A stretch of DNA of 32,450 nt. Origin: Chiloscyllium plagiosum (lineage: Eukaryota). The position numbers and the translations under genes were made by a program. Below, piece by piece: positions 1-9,775 of this stretch; position 1 is the first letter of the stretch; each line of letters opens with the position of its first letter. The notes below the pieces were generated by a model, which was not told the DNA's origin, did no database searches, and saw only the letters and a program-made list of their open reading frames with translations. The stretch covers positions 1 through 32,450 of the forward strand of contig NW_025215102.1 of assembly GCF_004010195.1 (NCBI RefSeq). The letters are read 5' to 3'.

Positions 1-230
1 GGTGGATGGGAGATCCCCTGAGGTGATGAGGTTATGGATGGTCTGGGAGATGATAGTTTGGTGTTGGGAGTGGGGTCATGGTCAAGGGGGCAGTAGGAGG
101 AGGTATCTGCGAGCTGGCGTTTGGCCTCAGCGGTGTAAAGATCAGTGCGCCAAACTACTACCGTGCCTCCCTTGTCTGCTGGTTTGATAGTGAGGTTGGG
201 GTTGGAACGGAGGGAGTGGAGGGCTGCACG
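1..230 (-). mobile_element. Penelope-like element (PLE) reverse transcriptase N-terminal fragment, 5'-truncated and frameshifted
   Basis: The minus strand from 230 translates to RAALHSLRSNPNLTIKPADKGGTVVVWRTDLYTAEAKRQLADTSSYCPLDHDP, then after a 1-nt frameshift SQHQTIISQTIHNLITSGDLPST. IKPADKG is the DKG motif characteristic of PLE RTs. Confidence 0.85.
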
Positions 231-486
231 CCCCCACCCCCACTCTGGCCTATCACCCTCACCTTGACCTCCTTCCACCTATCGCATTTCCAATGCCCCT
301 CCCTCAAGTCCCTCCTCCCTACCTTTTATCTTAGCCTGCTGGACACACTTTCCTCATTCCTGAAGAAGGGCTCATGCCCGAAACGTCGATTCTCCTGCTC
401 CTTGGATGCTGCCTGACCTGCTGCACTTTTCCAGCAACACATTTTCAGCTCTGATGTCCAGCATCTGCAGTCCTCACTTTCTCCTC
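231..486 (+). mobile_element. PLE pseudo-LTR (pLTR), inverted relative to the adjacent RT fragment
   Basis: C-rich tract, then a hammerhead core, then GATGCTGCCTGACCTGCTG...TTCCAGCAACACATTTTCAGCTCT. The same sequence recurs at 2814, 2999, 9648 and 32383. Confidence 0.75.
356..391 (+). ncRNA. Minimal type I hammerhead ribozyme motif within the PLE pLTR
   Basis: ATTC-CTGAAGA-A-GGGC-TCAT-GCCC-GAAAC-GTC-GATT: CUGANGA and GAAA core boxes, 4-bp stem II, GUC cleavage triplet, palindromic ACGT in place of stem III, and a short stem I with one mismatch. Confidence 0.75.
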
Positions 487-1052
487 CATTATGAAACTGC
501 TCAGCTAATAAAGAATGGTAGTCTCAGAAAACATAGATCATTACAGTGTAGTACAGGCACTATATGGAACCACTCAGCTAATACAGGAAGTTAGACTCAT
601 ACAACATGGAGCATTAAAGCACAGTACAGGCCCTTTATGGAAATGATTGGCTAATAAAGGAAGTAAGACTCACACAAAATAGAACATTACAGTGCAGTAC
701 AGGCCCTTTATTGGACCGCTCAGATAAGACCGGAGGTTTGACAAATACAAGGGAGAACATTATAGCGCTGTACAGGCCGCCTATGGAACCGCTTGCCTAT
801 AAAGGAAGTTAGACTCCTACAACATGGAACATTACAGCGCAGGACAGGTCCTTTATGGAACCGCTCGGATAATATACGAAGTTAGACTAATTCAAAATAG
901 AACATTACAGCGCAGTACAGGAACATATTGGAACTGCTCGGCTAATAAATGAAGTTAGACTAACACAAAATAGAACATCACAGCGCAATACATGCCCTTG
1001 ATGGAACCACTCGGCTTATACAGGAAGTTAGACTCATACAACATGGAGCATT

Positions 1053-1366
1053 GGGGGCGGCACGGTGGCACAGTGGTTAGCACTGCTGCCTCACAGCACC
1101 AGAGACCCGGGTTCAATTCCCACCTCAGGCGACTGACTGTGTGGAGTTTGCACATTCTTCCCGTGTCTGCGTGGGTTTCCTCCGGGTGCTCCAGTTTCCT
1201 CCCACAGTCCAAAGATGTGCAGGTCAGGTGAATTGGCCATGCTAAATTGCCCGTAGTGTTAGGTAAGGGATAGATGTCTGGGTATGGGTGGGTTGCGCTT
1301 CGGCTGGGCGGTGTGGACTTGTTGGGCCGAAGGGCCTGTTACCACACTGTAATGTAATCTAATCTA
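1053..1366 (+). mobile_element. HE1-type V-SINE (tRNA-derived head), full length, inserted in the satellite
   Basis: A box TGGCACAGTGG, B box GGTTCAATTCC, V-domain (TGGAGTTTGCACATTCT...GGGTTTCCTCCGGGTGCTCC), CR1-like tail GGGCCGAAGGGCCTG and (TAATC)n end. It splits a monomer and is flanked by ATT at 1050-1052 and 1367-1369. Confidence 0.92.
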
Positions 1367-2813
1367 ATTAAAGCACAGTACAGGACCTTTATGGAAATGC
1401 TTGGCTAATAAAGGAAGTTAAACTGATAGAACATGTAGCATTACAGCTCAGTACAGGCCCTTTATGGAACCACTCGGCTAATACAGGAAGTTAGACTCAT
1501 ACAACATAGAGCATTAAAGCACAGTACAGGACCTTTATGGAAATGATTGGCTAATACCGGACATTAGACTAATACAAAATAGAACATGACAGCGCATTGC
1601 AGGTCCTTTATGGAAATGCTTGGCTAATTAAGGATGTAAAACTCACAGAACATAACATATTTTAGCACAGTACAGGCCCTTTATGGAACACCTCAGCTAA
1701 TACCGGAAGTTTGACAAATACATGGAAGAGCAATACAGCGCTGTACAGGCCGTCTATGGAACCACTTGCCTATAAAGGAAGTTAGACTGGAACATTACAG
1801 CACAGGACAGGCCCTTTATGGAACCGCTTGGCAGATAATGGACACTGGACTAATACAACATAGACCATCATAGCTCAGTACAGGCCCTTTACGGAATCAC
1901 TCGGCTAATACATGAAGTTATCCTAATACAAAACAGAACATTACATCGCAGTGTAAGGCCCTTTATGGAACCGCTCACCTAATAAAGGATGGTTATCTGA
2001 GAGAACATAGATCATTACAGTGTAGTACAGGCCCTATATGGAACCGCTTGGCTAATACAGGAAGTTAGACTCATACAACATGGAGCATTAAAGCACAGTA
2101 CAGGCTCTTTGTGGAACTGCTTGGCTAATAAATGAAGTTAGTCAAATACAACATAGGACATCACCACGCAATACAGGCCCTTTATAGGAACCACTCGGCT
2201 AATACCGGAAGTTAGACAAATACAACATAGAACATTAAAGCGCTGTGCAAGTCGTCTATGGAACCGCTTGCATATAAAGGAAGTTAGACTCATAGAACAT
2301 GGGGCATTACAGCTCAGTGCTGGCCTTTATGGAACCACTCGGCTAATAAGGAAAGTTTGACTAATACAACGTGGAACATTACAACGCAGTACAGGCCCTT
2401 TATGCAACTGCTTGGCTAATACCGGAAGGTTGACAAATACAACATCGAACATTACAGCGCTGTACAGGCTGTCTATGGAACCGCTTGCCAAATAAGGGAA
2501 GTTAGACGCATAGAACATGTGGCATTACAGAGCAGTACAGGCCCTTTATGAGACCACTCGGCTGCTAATGGAGACTAAACTAACATAACATAGAACATTA
2601 CAGTGCAGGACAGGCCCTTTATGCAACTGCTTGGCAGTTAAAGGAAGATAGAATAATACAAAATAGAACATTACAGTGCAGTACAGGCCCTTTATTGAAC
2701 CGCTCGGCTAATAAACGAAGTTGGACTAATACAACATAGAACATTATAGCAATGTACAGTCTGTCTGTGGAACTGCTCGCCTAAAAAAGGAAGTTAGACT
2801 CATTGAACATGGG

Positions 2814-2861
2814 TTGAAAATGTGTTGCTGGAAAAGCGCAGCAGGTCAGGCAGCAACCTAC
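2814..2861 (-). mobile_element. 48-bp PLE pLTR fragment with a 15-bp target-site duplication
   Basis: TGAAAATGTGTTGCTGGAAAAGCGCAGCAGGTCAGGCAGCA is the reverse complement of ~407-447. CTCATTGAACATGGG flanks it at 2799-2813 and 2862-2876. Confidence 0.85.
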
Positions 2862-2919
2862 CTCATTGAACATGGGGCATTACAGCGCAGTACAGGCCCT
2901 TTATGGAAGCGCTCGGCTT

Positions 2920-3595
2920 AGAGTCATAGAGTCTTAGAGATGTACAGCATGGAAACAGACCCTTCGGTCCAACCCGTCCATGCTGACCCGATATCCCAGT
3001 TGAAACTTTATTGCTGGAACAGCACAGCAGGTCAGGCAGCATCCAGGGAACAGGAGATTCGACGTTTCGGGCACAGGCCCNNNNNNNNNNNNNNNNNNNN
3101 NNNNNNNNNNNNNNNNNNNNNNNNNNNNNNNNNNNNNNNNNNNNNNNNNNNNNNNNNNNNNNNNNNNNNNNNNNNNNNNNNNNNNNNNNNNNNNNNNNNN
3201 NNNNNNNNNNNNNNNNNNNNNNNNNNNNNNNNNNNNNNNNNNNNNNNNNNNNNNNNAACACTTCCTAGGACCTTACCATTAAGTATATAAATCCTGCTAA
3301 GATTTGCTTTCCCAAAATGCAGCACCTCACATTTATCTGAATTAAACTCCATCTGCCACTTCTCAGCCCATTGGCCCATCTGGTCCAGATCCTGTTGTAA
3401 TCTGAGGTAACCCTCTTCGCTGTCCACTACACCTCCAATTTTGGTGTCATCTGCAAACTTACTAACTGTACCTCTTATGCTCGCATCCAAATGACAAAAT
3501 GTAGAGGGCCCAGCACCGATCCTTGTGACACTCCACTGGTCACAGGCCTCCAGTCTGATAAACAACCCTCTACCATCACCCTCTGTCTTACACCT
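2920..3595 (-). mobile_element. 5'-truncated CR1-clade (HER1-like) LINE in the satellite; contains a nested PLE piece and an assembly gap (N 3081-3256)
   Basis: 3' tail (reverse complement) AGAGTCATAGAGTCTTAGAGATGTACAGCATGGAAACAGACCCTTCGGTCC at 2920. RT fragment 3257-3590 reads SKFADDTKIGGVVDSEEGYLRLQQDLDQMGQWAEKWQMEFNSDKCEVLHFGK. CTTA is present at both junctions. Confidence 0.9.
2999..3080 (-). mobile_element. PLE pLTR nested in the CR1 3' UTR, running into the N gap; carries the 3' half of a hammerhead
   Basis: The reverse complement reads GGGC-CTGT-GCCC-GAAAC-GTC-GAAT-CTCCTG...GATGCTGCCTGACCTGCTG, homologous to 368-447. Confidence 0.8.
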
Positions 3596-6500
3596 TATAA
3601 ACGAAGTTAGACTAATACAACGTGGTACATCACAGCGCAGTACAGGCCCATTATGGGACGGCTTGGCTGTTAAAGTAAGTTTGACTAATTCAAAATAGAA
3701 CATTTCAGCGCAGTATAGGCTCTTTATGGAACTGCTCGGCTAATAAAGAATGGTAGTCTCAGAGAACATAGATCCTTACAGTGTAGTACAGGCTCTTTAT
3801 GGAACCGCTCGGCTCATAAACAAAGTTAGACTCATGCAACATAGAACATTACAGCAATGTACAATCTGTCAGTGGAACCTCAAGCCTAAAAAAGGAAGTT
3901 AGACTCTTGAACATGAGCATTACAGCGCAGTACCGGTCCTTTATGGAACCGCTTGGCTGATAACGGACACAAGGCTAATACAAAATAAAACATCACAGCT
4001 CAGTACAGGCCCGTTATGGAACGGCTCAGCTGTTCACATAAGTTAGACTAATTCAAAATAGAACATTACAGGCCCTTTATAGAACTGCTCGGCTAATAAA
4101 GAATTGTAGTCTCAGGGAACATAGATCATTACAGTGTAGTATAGGCCCTATGTGGAACCGCTCGGCTAATACAGGAAGTTAGGCTCATACAACATGTAGC
4201 ATTAAAGCACAGTACAGGACCTTTATGAAGTTAGACTGATAGAACATGGAGAATTACAGCTCAGTACAGGCTCTTTGTGTAACAGCTTGGCTAATGAATG
4301 AAGTTAGACTAATACAACATAGGACATCATAATGCAGTACAGGCTTTTCTGGAAAAGCTTGGCTAATAATGGAAGTAAGATTCATAGAACATGGAGCATT
4401 ACAGCGCAGTACAGGACCTTTATGGAACTGCTCGGTTAATAATGTACACTAATACAACATAGAACATTACAGCACAGTACATGCCCTATATGGAACCACT
4501 TGCTTGGTAATGCAAGTTAGACTGATAGAACATGGAGCATTACAGTGCAATACACGCCCTTTATGGAACTGCTTGACTAATACAAAATAGAACATTACAG
4601 GAAATGCTTGGCTTGTAAAGGAATTAAGACTCATAGAACATCGAACATTACAGCGCAGTACAGGACTTGTATGGAAATGCTTGGCTAATTAAGGAAGTTA
4701 GACTGGTAGAACATGGAGCATTACAGCTCAGTACAGGTCCTTTATGGATCCGCTCAGCTAATAAATGAAGTTAGACTAATGCAACATAGGACATCACAAC
4801 TCAGTACAGGCCCTTTATGGAATTGTTTGGCTAATAAAGGAAGTTAGACTAATACCACGTGGAACATTACAGCGCAGTACAGGCCCTTTATGCAACTGCT
4901 TGGCTAACACCAGACGTTAGACGAATACAACATCACATTGCAGTATAGGCCATTTTTGCAACTGCTTGTCTCATACCGGATGTTTGACTAATACAAAATA
5001 GACACATGAGAGCGCAGTGCATCTCTGTACATACCCATTATGGAACTGCTTGGCTGTTAAAGGAAGTTAGACTAATTCAAAAATAGAACATTACAGTACA
5101 GTACAGGCCCTTTATGGAACCGCTTGGTTAATACCGGAAGTTTGACATATCCAACATAGAGCATAACAGCGCTGTACAGGCCATCTATGGAACAGCTTGC
5201 CTGTAAAGGAAGTTAGACTCACAGAACATGCTGCATTACAGCGCAATATAGGCCCTTTATGGAACTGCTTGGCTAATAATGGACACTGGACGAATACAAC
5301 ACAGAACATCACAGCTCAGTACCGGCCCATTATGGAACCGCTTGGCTGTTAAAGGAAGTTAGACTAATTCAAAATAGAACATTACAGCGCAATACAGGCC
5401 CCTTATGGAACACCTCGGCTCATAAAGGATGGTAGTCTCAGAGAATATAGATCCTTAAAGTGTAGTACAGGCCCTATATGGAACCACTCGGTAATACCGG
5501 ACATTAGACCAATACTACACAGAACATTACAGTGCAGTACAGGCCCTTGATGGAACCACTCGGCTAATAAAGGAAGTAAGAGTCATAGAACATATAGCAT
5601 TACAGCGCAGTACTAGCCCTTTATGGAACCACTTGGCTAATAAAGGAAGTTAGACTCATAGAACATACAGCATTACAGTGCAGTAGAGTCCATTTATGGA
5701 ACCACTCGGCTAATACCGGACATTAGACCAATACAACATAGAACATTACAGCGCAGTACAGGCCCTTTATGAAACTGCTTGGCTAATAAAGGAAGTCAGA
5801 GTCAAAGGACAAACAGCATTGCAGCGCAGTACGGGCCCTTTATGGAACCACTCGGCTAATACCGGACATTAGACCAATACAGCATAGAACATTACAGCAC
5901 AGTACAGACAGGTCCTTGATCGAACCGCGCGGCTAATAAGGGAATTTAGAGTCATAGAACATACAGCATTACAATGCAGCACAGGCCCTTTATGGAACTG
6001 CTTGGATAGTAAAGGAAGTTAGACTTATAGAATACAGAGCATTTCAGGGCAGTCCAGGTCCTTTCGGGAACCGCTCGACTACTAAAGGCAATTAGACTCA
6101 TTGAACATAGAACATTACAGTGCAACACAGGCCCATTTTGGAACTGCTCAATTAATAAAGGAAGCTAGACTCTTAGAACACACAGCATTTCAGTGCAGTA
6201 AAGCCCCTTTATGGAACCACTCGGCTAATACTGGACATTGGACCAATACAACAAAGAACATTACAGCGCAGTACAGGTCCTTTATGGAAACAATTGGCTA
6301 ATACCGGACATTAGACCAATAGAACATCAAACATTACAGGACAGTGTAGGCCTATGATGGAACCGTTTGGCTAATCAAGGAAGTGAGAGTCATAGAACAT
6401 ACAGCATTACAGTGCAGTACAGGCCCTTTATGGAACCGCTTGGATAATAAAGCAAGTTAGACTCAAAGAACGTAGAGCATTTCAGCGCAGTACAGGTCCT

Positions 6501-7849
6501 TTGTGGAATCACTCGACTACTAAATTATTAGACACATTATGGAACTGCTCCGCTAATAAAGGAAGTTAGAGTCATAGAACATACAGCATTACAGCGCAGT
6601 ACAGTCCCTTTATGGAACTACTTGGCTAATAAAGGAAGTAAGACTCAGAGAACATAAAACATTACAGTGCAGTACATGCCCTTTGTGGAACCGCTCGGCT
6701 CATACAAATGCAACATAGAACATTACAGCGCAGTACAGGCCGTATATGGAACCGCTCGGCTAATAAAGGAAGTTAAACTCATATGACATGGGGCATTACA
6801 GTGCAGTATAGGCCTTTTATGGAACCTCTCGGCTATTAATGGACACTAGACTAATACAACATAGAACATTACAGCGCAGTACAGGACCTTTATGGAACCG
6901 CTCGGCTAATAAACAAAGTTAGACTAATACAACATAAAACATTACAGCGCTGTACAGGCCATCTATGGAACCATTCACCTTATAAAAGAAGTTAGACTCA
7001 TTGAATATGGCATTACAGCGCAGTACAGGTTCAATAATAATATAACATGGTATTAACTTGTAGATTCATAAAATCATAAAGGAAAAAGAACAAATTAGCA
7101 CCACCCTTGTTTTATTGTTCTACTGGTGCTTGTCTGAGTGAATGTAGGTTGCAGATCACAATTCCAGCGTGATTCATTGCTGAACAAATTGGGTATGGAT
7201 TAATACTAGCTTTATAATGTTAAAGTTTGGCAAGGAGTGAGACCGAGTGGGAACAGTGCAGCTCAAACTACCTGGCTAGATTTAGTTCAGTCTTTTGTTG
7301 AGATATTAAAAGGAAATTGTTATTCAATTCAAGATTTTTTTTTCTGATACAGCAAAAATATCTAGTTATCTGTTTGTACTCTTGTTATCTTGGTGTGATC
7401 TAACTTTCAAACATCTGAACATTGCATGTTCTATTGACCAGAAGCAAAAAGTCAAAGAGTGTAGTGCTAGAAAAGCACGCAAAGTGACAGTGAGTCAGTG
7501 CAGTAACATTGCATTGCATTAAAGTTAAATAATTCATAAAGCTGTCATTATAATATTGTATCCATGTGCTTTGTACTGAAGACTCTCATAATATCCAGTA
7601 AATTGTAAAGGTATCTTACCTTGTGGAATTTTGACCCTTCAATATTGGTTACCTTTATGTTGCAGAGTGTGTATAGACTACTACATTTTCCTGAAACATT
7701 GAACATTTTGTAGGGCAGTCTTGAACCTGTCAAAGGTCGAATTTTGTGTAGCTTTTCTTGGCAGATAACTGCACTCTTAGCAGCAGTGGACATACAAGCT
7801 GTCCATTATATATTTCCACCATGAATGTCAGTCTGCTACCTTGAAAAAA

Positions 7850-8085
7850 ATCATAGAGCCCCAATAGTGTGGAAGCAAGATTTGCAGCCTATTGAGTCCA
7901 CACTGATGCTCTGAAGAGCATGCCACCCAGATCCACTCCATTCCTGTAATTCTCATGGCCACCCCACCTAACCTGCATATCTTTGAAATGCGGGAGAAAA
8001 CCCACGCAGACATGGGGACAATGTGCAAACTCACAAGAGTGGAATTGAACCTAGGTCTCTGGTACTGTGAGCCACCATGCCACAC
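7850..8085 (-). mobile_element. Degraded HE1-type SINE
   Basis: AAACCCACGCAGACATGGGGACAATGTGCAAACTC...GGAATTGAACC...GCCACCATGCCAC matches the reverse complement of 1053-1366, with deletions. Confidence 0.8.
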
Positions 8086-8101
8086 CTTAAAGTGAGGTAC
8101 A

Positions 8102-8176
8102 AAGCACTGCTGGGATTTGAACCCAGGATCTCATTGCTCACTGGAGAAGTACTTTAACCTACTAAACCACAGCATC
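8102..8176 (-). pseudogene. tRNA-Thr(AGT) pseudogene
   Basis: The minus strand GATGCTGTGGTTTAGTAGGTTAAAGTACTTCTCCAGTGAGCAATGAGATCCTGGGTTCAAATCCCAGCAGTGCTT aligns end to end with vertebrate tRNA-Thr(AGT) (GGCGCCGTGGCTTAG..GGTTAAAGCGCCTGTCTAGTAAACAGGAGATCCTGGGTTCGAATCCCAGCGGTGCCT). The T arm is intact; the anticodon and acceptor stems are disrupted. Confidence 0.8.
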
Positions 8177-8726
8177 ACCTGAAAAGCTGATAGAATCACC
8201 CTTTCCTTGTGCAGAATCATCACTGAATTCATACTCTCACTTACAAGGCCAGGCTCCTCGATAATCCCTGCGCATCGCATTTAGCCTCAGTTATCTAAAT
8301 CAAAGTACAATGACTTAGCTAGAGTCATCAACACCATGTTTAAAGCGCATTTGCTGTCTGAAGTTAGCTGCAGTTAAGAAGTCAGTTGCTTGTGAGAGAT
8401 GAACGTTACTTGGCTATTAAATTCCTTTCTCCTTGAAATGTCTGAGCAGGCTGTTTATCTCGCACATGGGTGCAACCGAAACACGTCAAACTGAGATAAA
8501 ACAATAGAGCAAGCACTTAAAGAGTACAAGTGAGAATATATTCACAAAAGTGCAAGGCTATTTACAATGCCATTCATGTGCCCTCAGTACATTTCCTTCT
8601 TCTCTCTCCCTTCCATTACGTCTAATTACGGTCTTGACTTCTACTTTGCTCTTTTGTGGAAGGCCCAATGCACTTTGTGCTTCTCTGATACTTGGCTGTT
8701 CAGAAACAAGCCTTTTTCTGCTCAGA

Positions 8727-9048
8727 AAGCACCTTCCAAACTCATGACCACTTCCATCAAGAAGAACAAGGGCAGGAGATAAATGGGAACACCACCATCT
8801 GCAAATTTCCCTGCAAACCACTCACCATTCTGACTTGGAAATACATCACCATTCCTTCACTGTCACTGGGTCAATATAATGGAACTCTCCCCCCATCACC
8901 CCAAGGGACATGGTAGGTCTGCTTGTTCTAAATGGATGACAGGGGTTCAAGAAGGCAGCTAACCACCTTTTCAAAGGCCACAGAGATGGGTATTAAATAC
9001 TGACTCAGCTAGCAATGCCAAGAATGCCATGTATGATGAAAAAAAAAG
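8727..9048 (+). mobile_element. Degraded 3' end of a CR1/L2-group LINE, with a tail resembling that of the Deu-SINE at 30477
   Basis: GGAACACCACCATCTGCAAATTTCCC...CTGACTTGGAAATA...GGTTCAAGAAGGCAGCT...GATGGGTATTAAATACTG...TGATGAAAAAA, recalled as a common shark LINE 3' end. Confidence 0.6.
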
Positions 9049-9647
9049 AATAAGCAAGAATCTCAGAGACAGAAGTCCCACCTGTTGAGAGTTAACAGTC
9101 AATGAAATGCAAGAGAGACAGATTGCAGTGCTATTGCTGGAAATATACCCACCCAAGGCTTGGATTGAGGAAGGACGTGGCGAGTGATGGCATGAAAGCA
9201 TTTGAAGTGTAGGGGTGAGTAAGAGTTTGAGGAGGGTTTAGCAACATGGGAAAAGGAACCATTTTCTAATACAATCTTGCTATCCAATACTGGGTATCTC
9301 CAAATGGCTCTTTGAACAAGGAACAACAAGGCCCCTAGCACATAAGCAATCATACTCGGATTTGCATGCCATGCACCCCACATAATACATTTATTAATGT
9401 GATTAGGCCCTTAAGTTGACATAAATTGGCCCTTAAGGGTCTTTTTGATAGTGAAGAAAGAAGACATTAACAGACCTTCTCCCTGGGCTTAATCACAGGG
9501 ATGGTATGAGGCAGTGGTTCCCACTTGCCACTCTCCTGCCTGATGAAATGATTCCCACTACAAAGCCCAGACTTGTGGATGGCACAGGATTCTGCCCCAA
9601 TTTTTAAAGTGTTTATTCCATTTAACCTGGTAATTTTATAAACTGCG

Positions 9648-9775
9648 AGGAGAAAGTGAGGACTGAAGATACTGGAGATCAGAGTCGAGAGTGTGGTGCT
9701 GGAAAACCACAGCAGGTCAGACAGCATCCGAGGAGTAGGAGAATTGATGTTTTAGGCATAAACTCTTCATCAGGA
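9648..9775 (-). mobile_element. PLE pLTR fragment with a decayed hammerhead
   Basis: Reverse complement of ~358-485. The core reads CTGATGA-A-GAGT-TTAT-GCCT-AAAAC-ATC. Confidence 0.8.

Larger units (their letters stand above)
487..7030. repeat. 73-bp tandem satellite array, roughly 75 monomers, interrupted by retroelement insertions
   Basis: Approximate consensus AAGGAAGTTAGACTCATAGAACATGGAGCATTACAGCGCAGTACAGGCCCTTTATGGAACCGCTCGGCTAATA. GTACAGG recurs at 551, 624 and 697 (period 73). Monomers are diverged and fall into recurring variant classes. Confidence 0.95.

Noticed and set aside
3081..3256. Long ORFs spanning the N run
   Set aside because: They are artefacts of the 176-N assembly gap.
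955..6301. Short ORFs in the satellite and SINE (955, 992, 2327, 5112, 6101)
   Set aside because: The 73-bp period is not a multiple of 3 and stops are frequent. These are chance translations of repeats.
487..7030. CRISPR-like repeat-spacer array
   Set aside because: The variable parts are homologous, equal-length variants of one sequence rather than unique spacers. There are no cas genes and the context is eukaryotic.
487..7030. Tandem tRNA gene array (73 bp, A-box-like motif)
   Set aside because: No B box/T-loop, acceptor stem or anticodon stem can be folded from the monomer.
7548..7793. 81-aa minus-strand ORF with internal GTAAG donor-like sites
   Set aside because: No recognisable homology and no partner exons.
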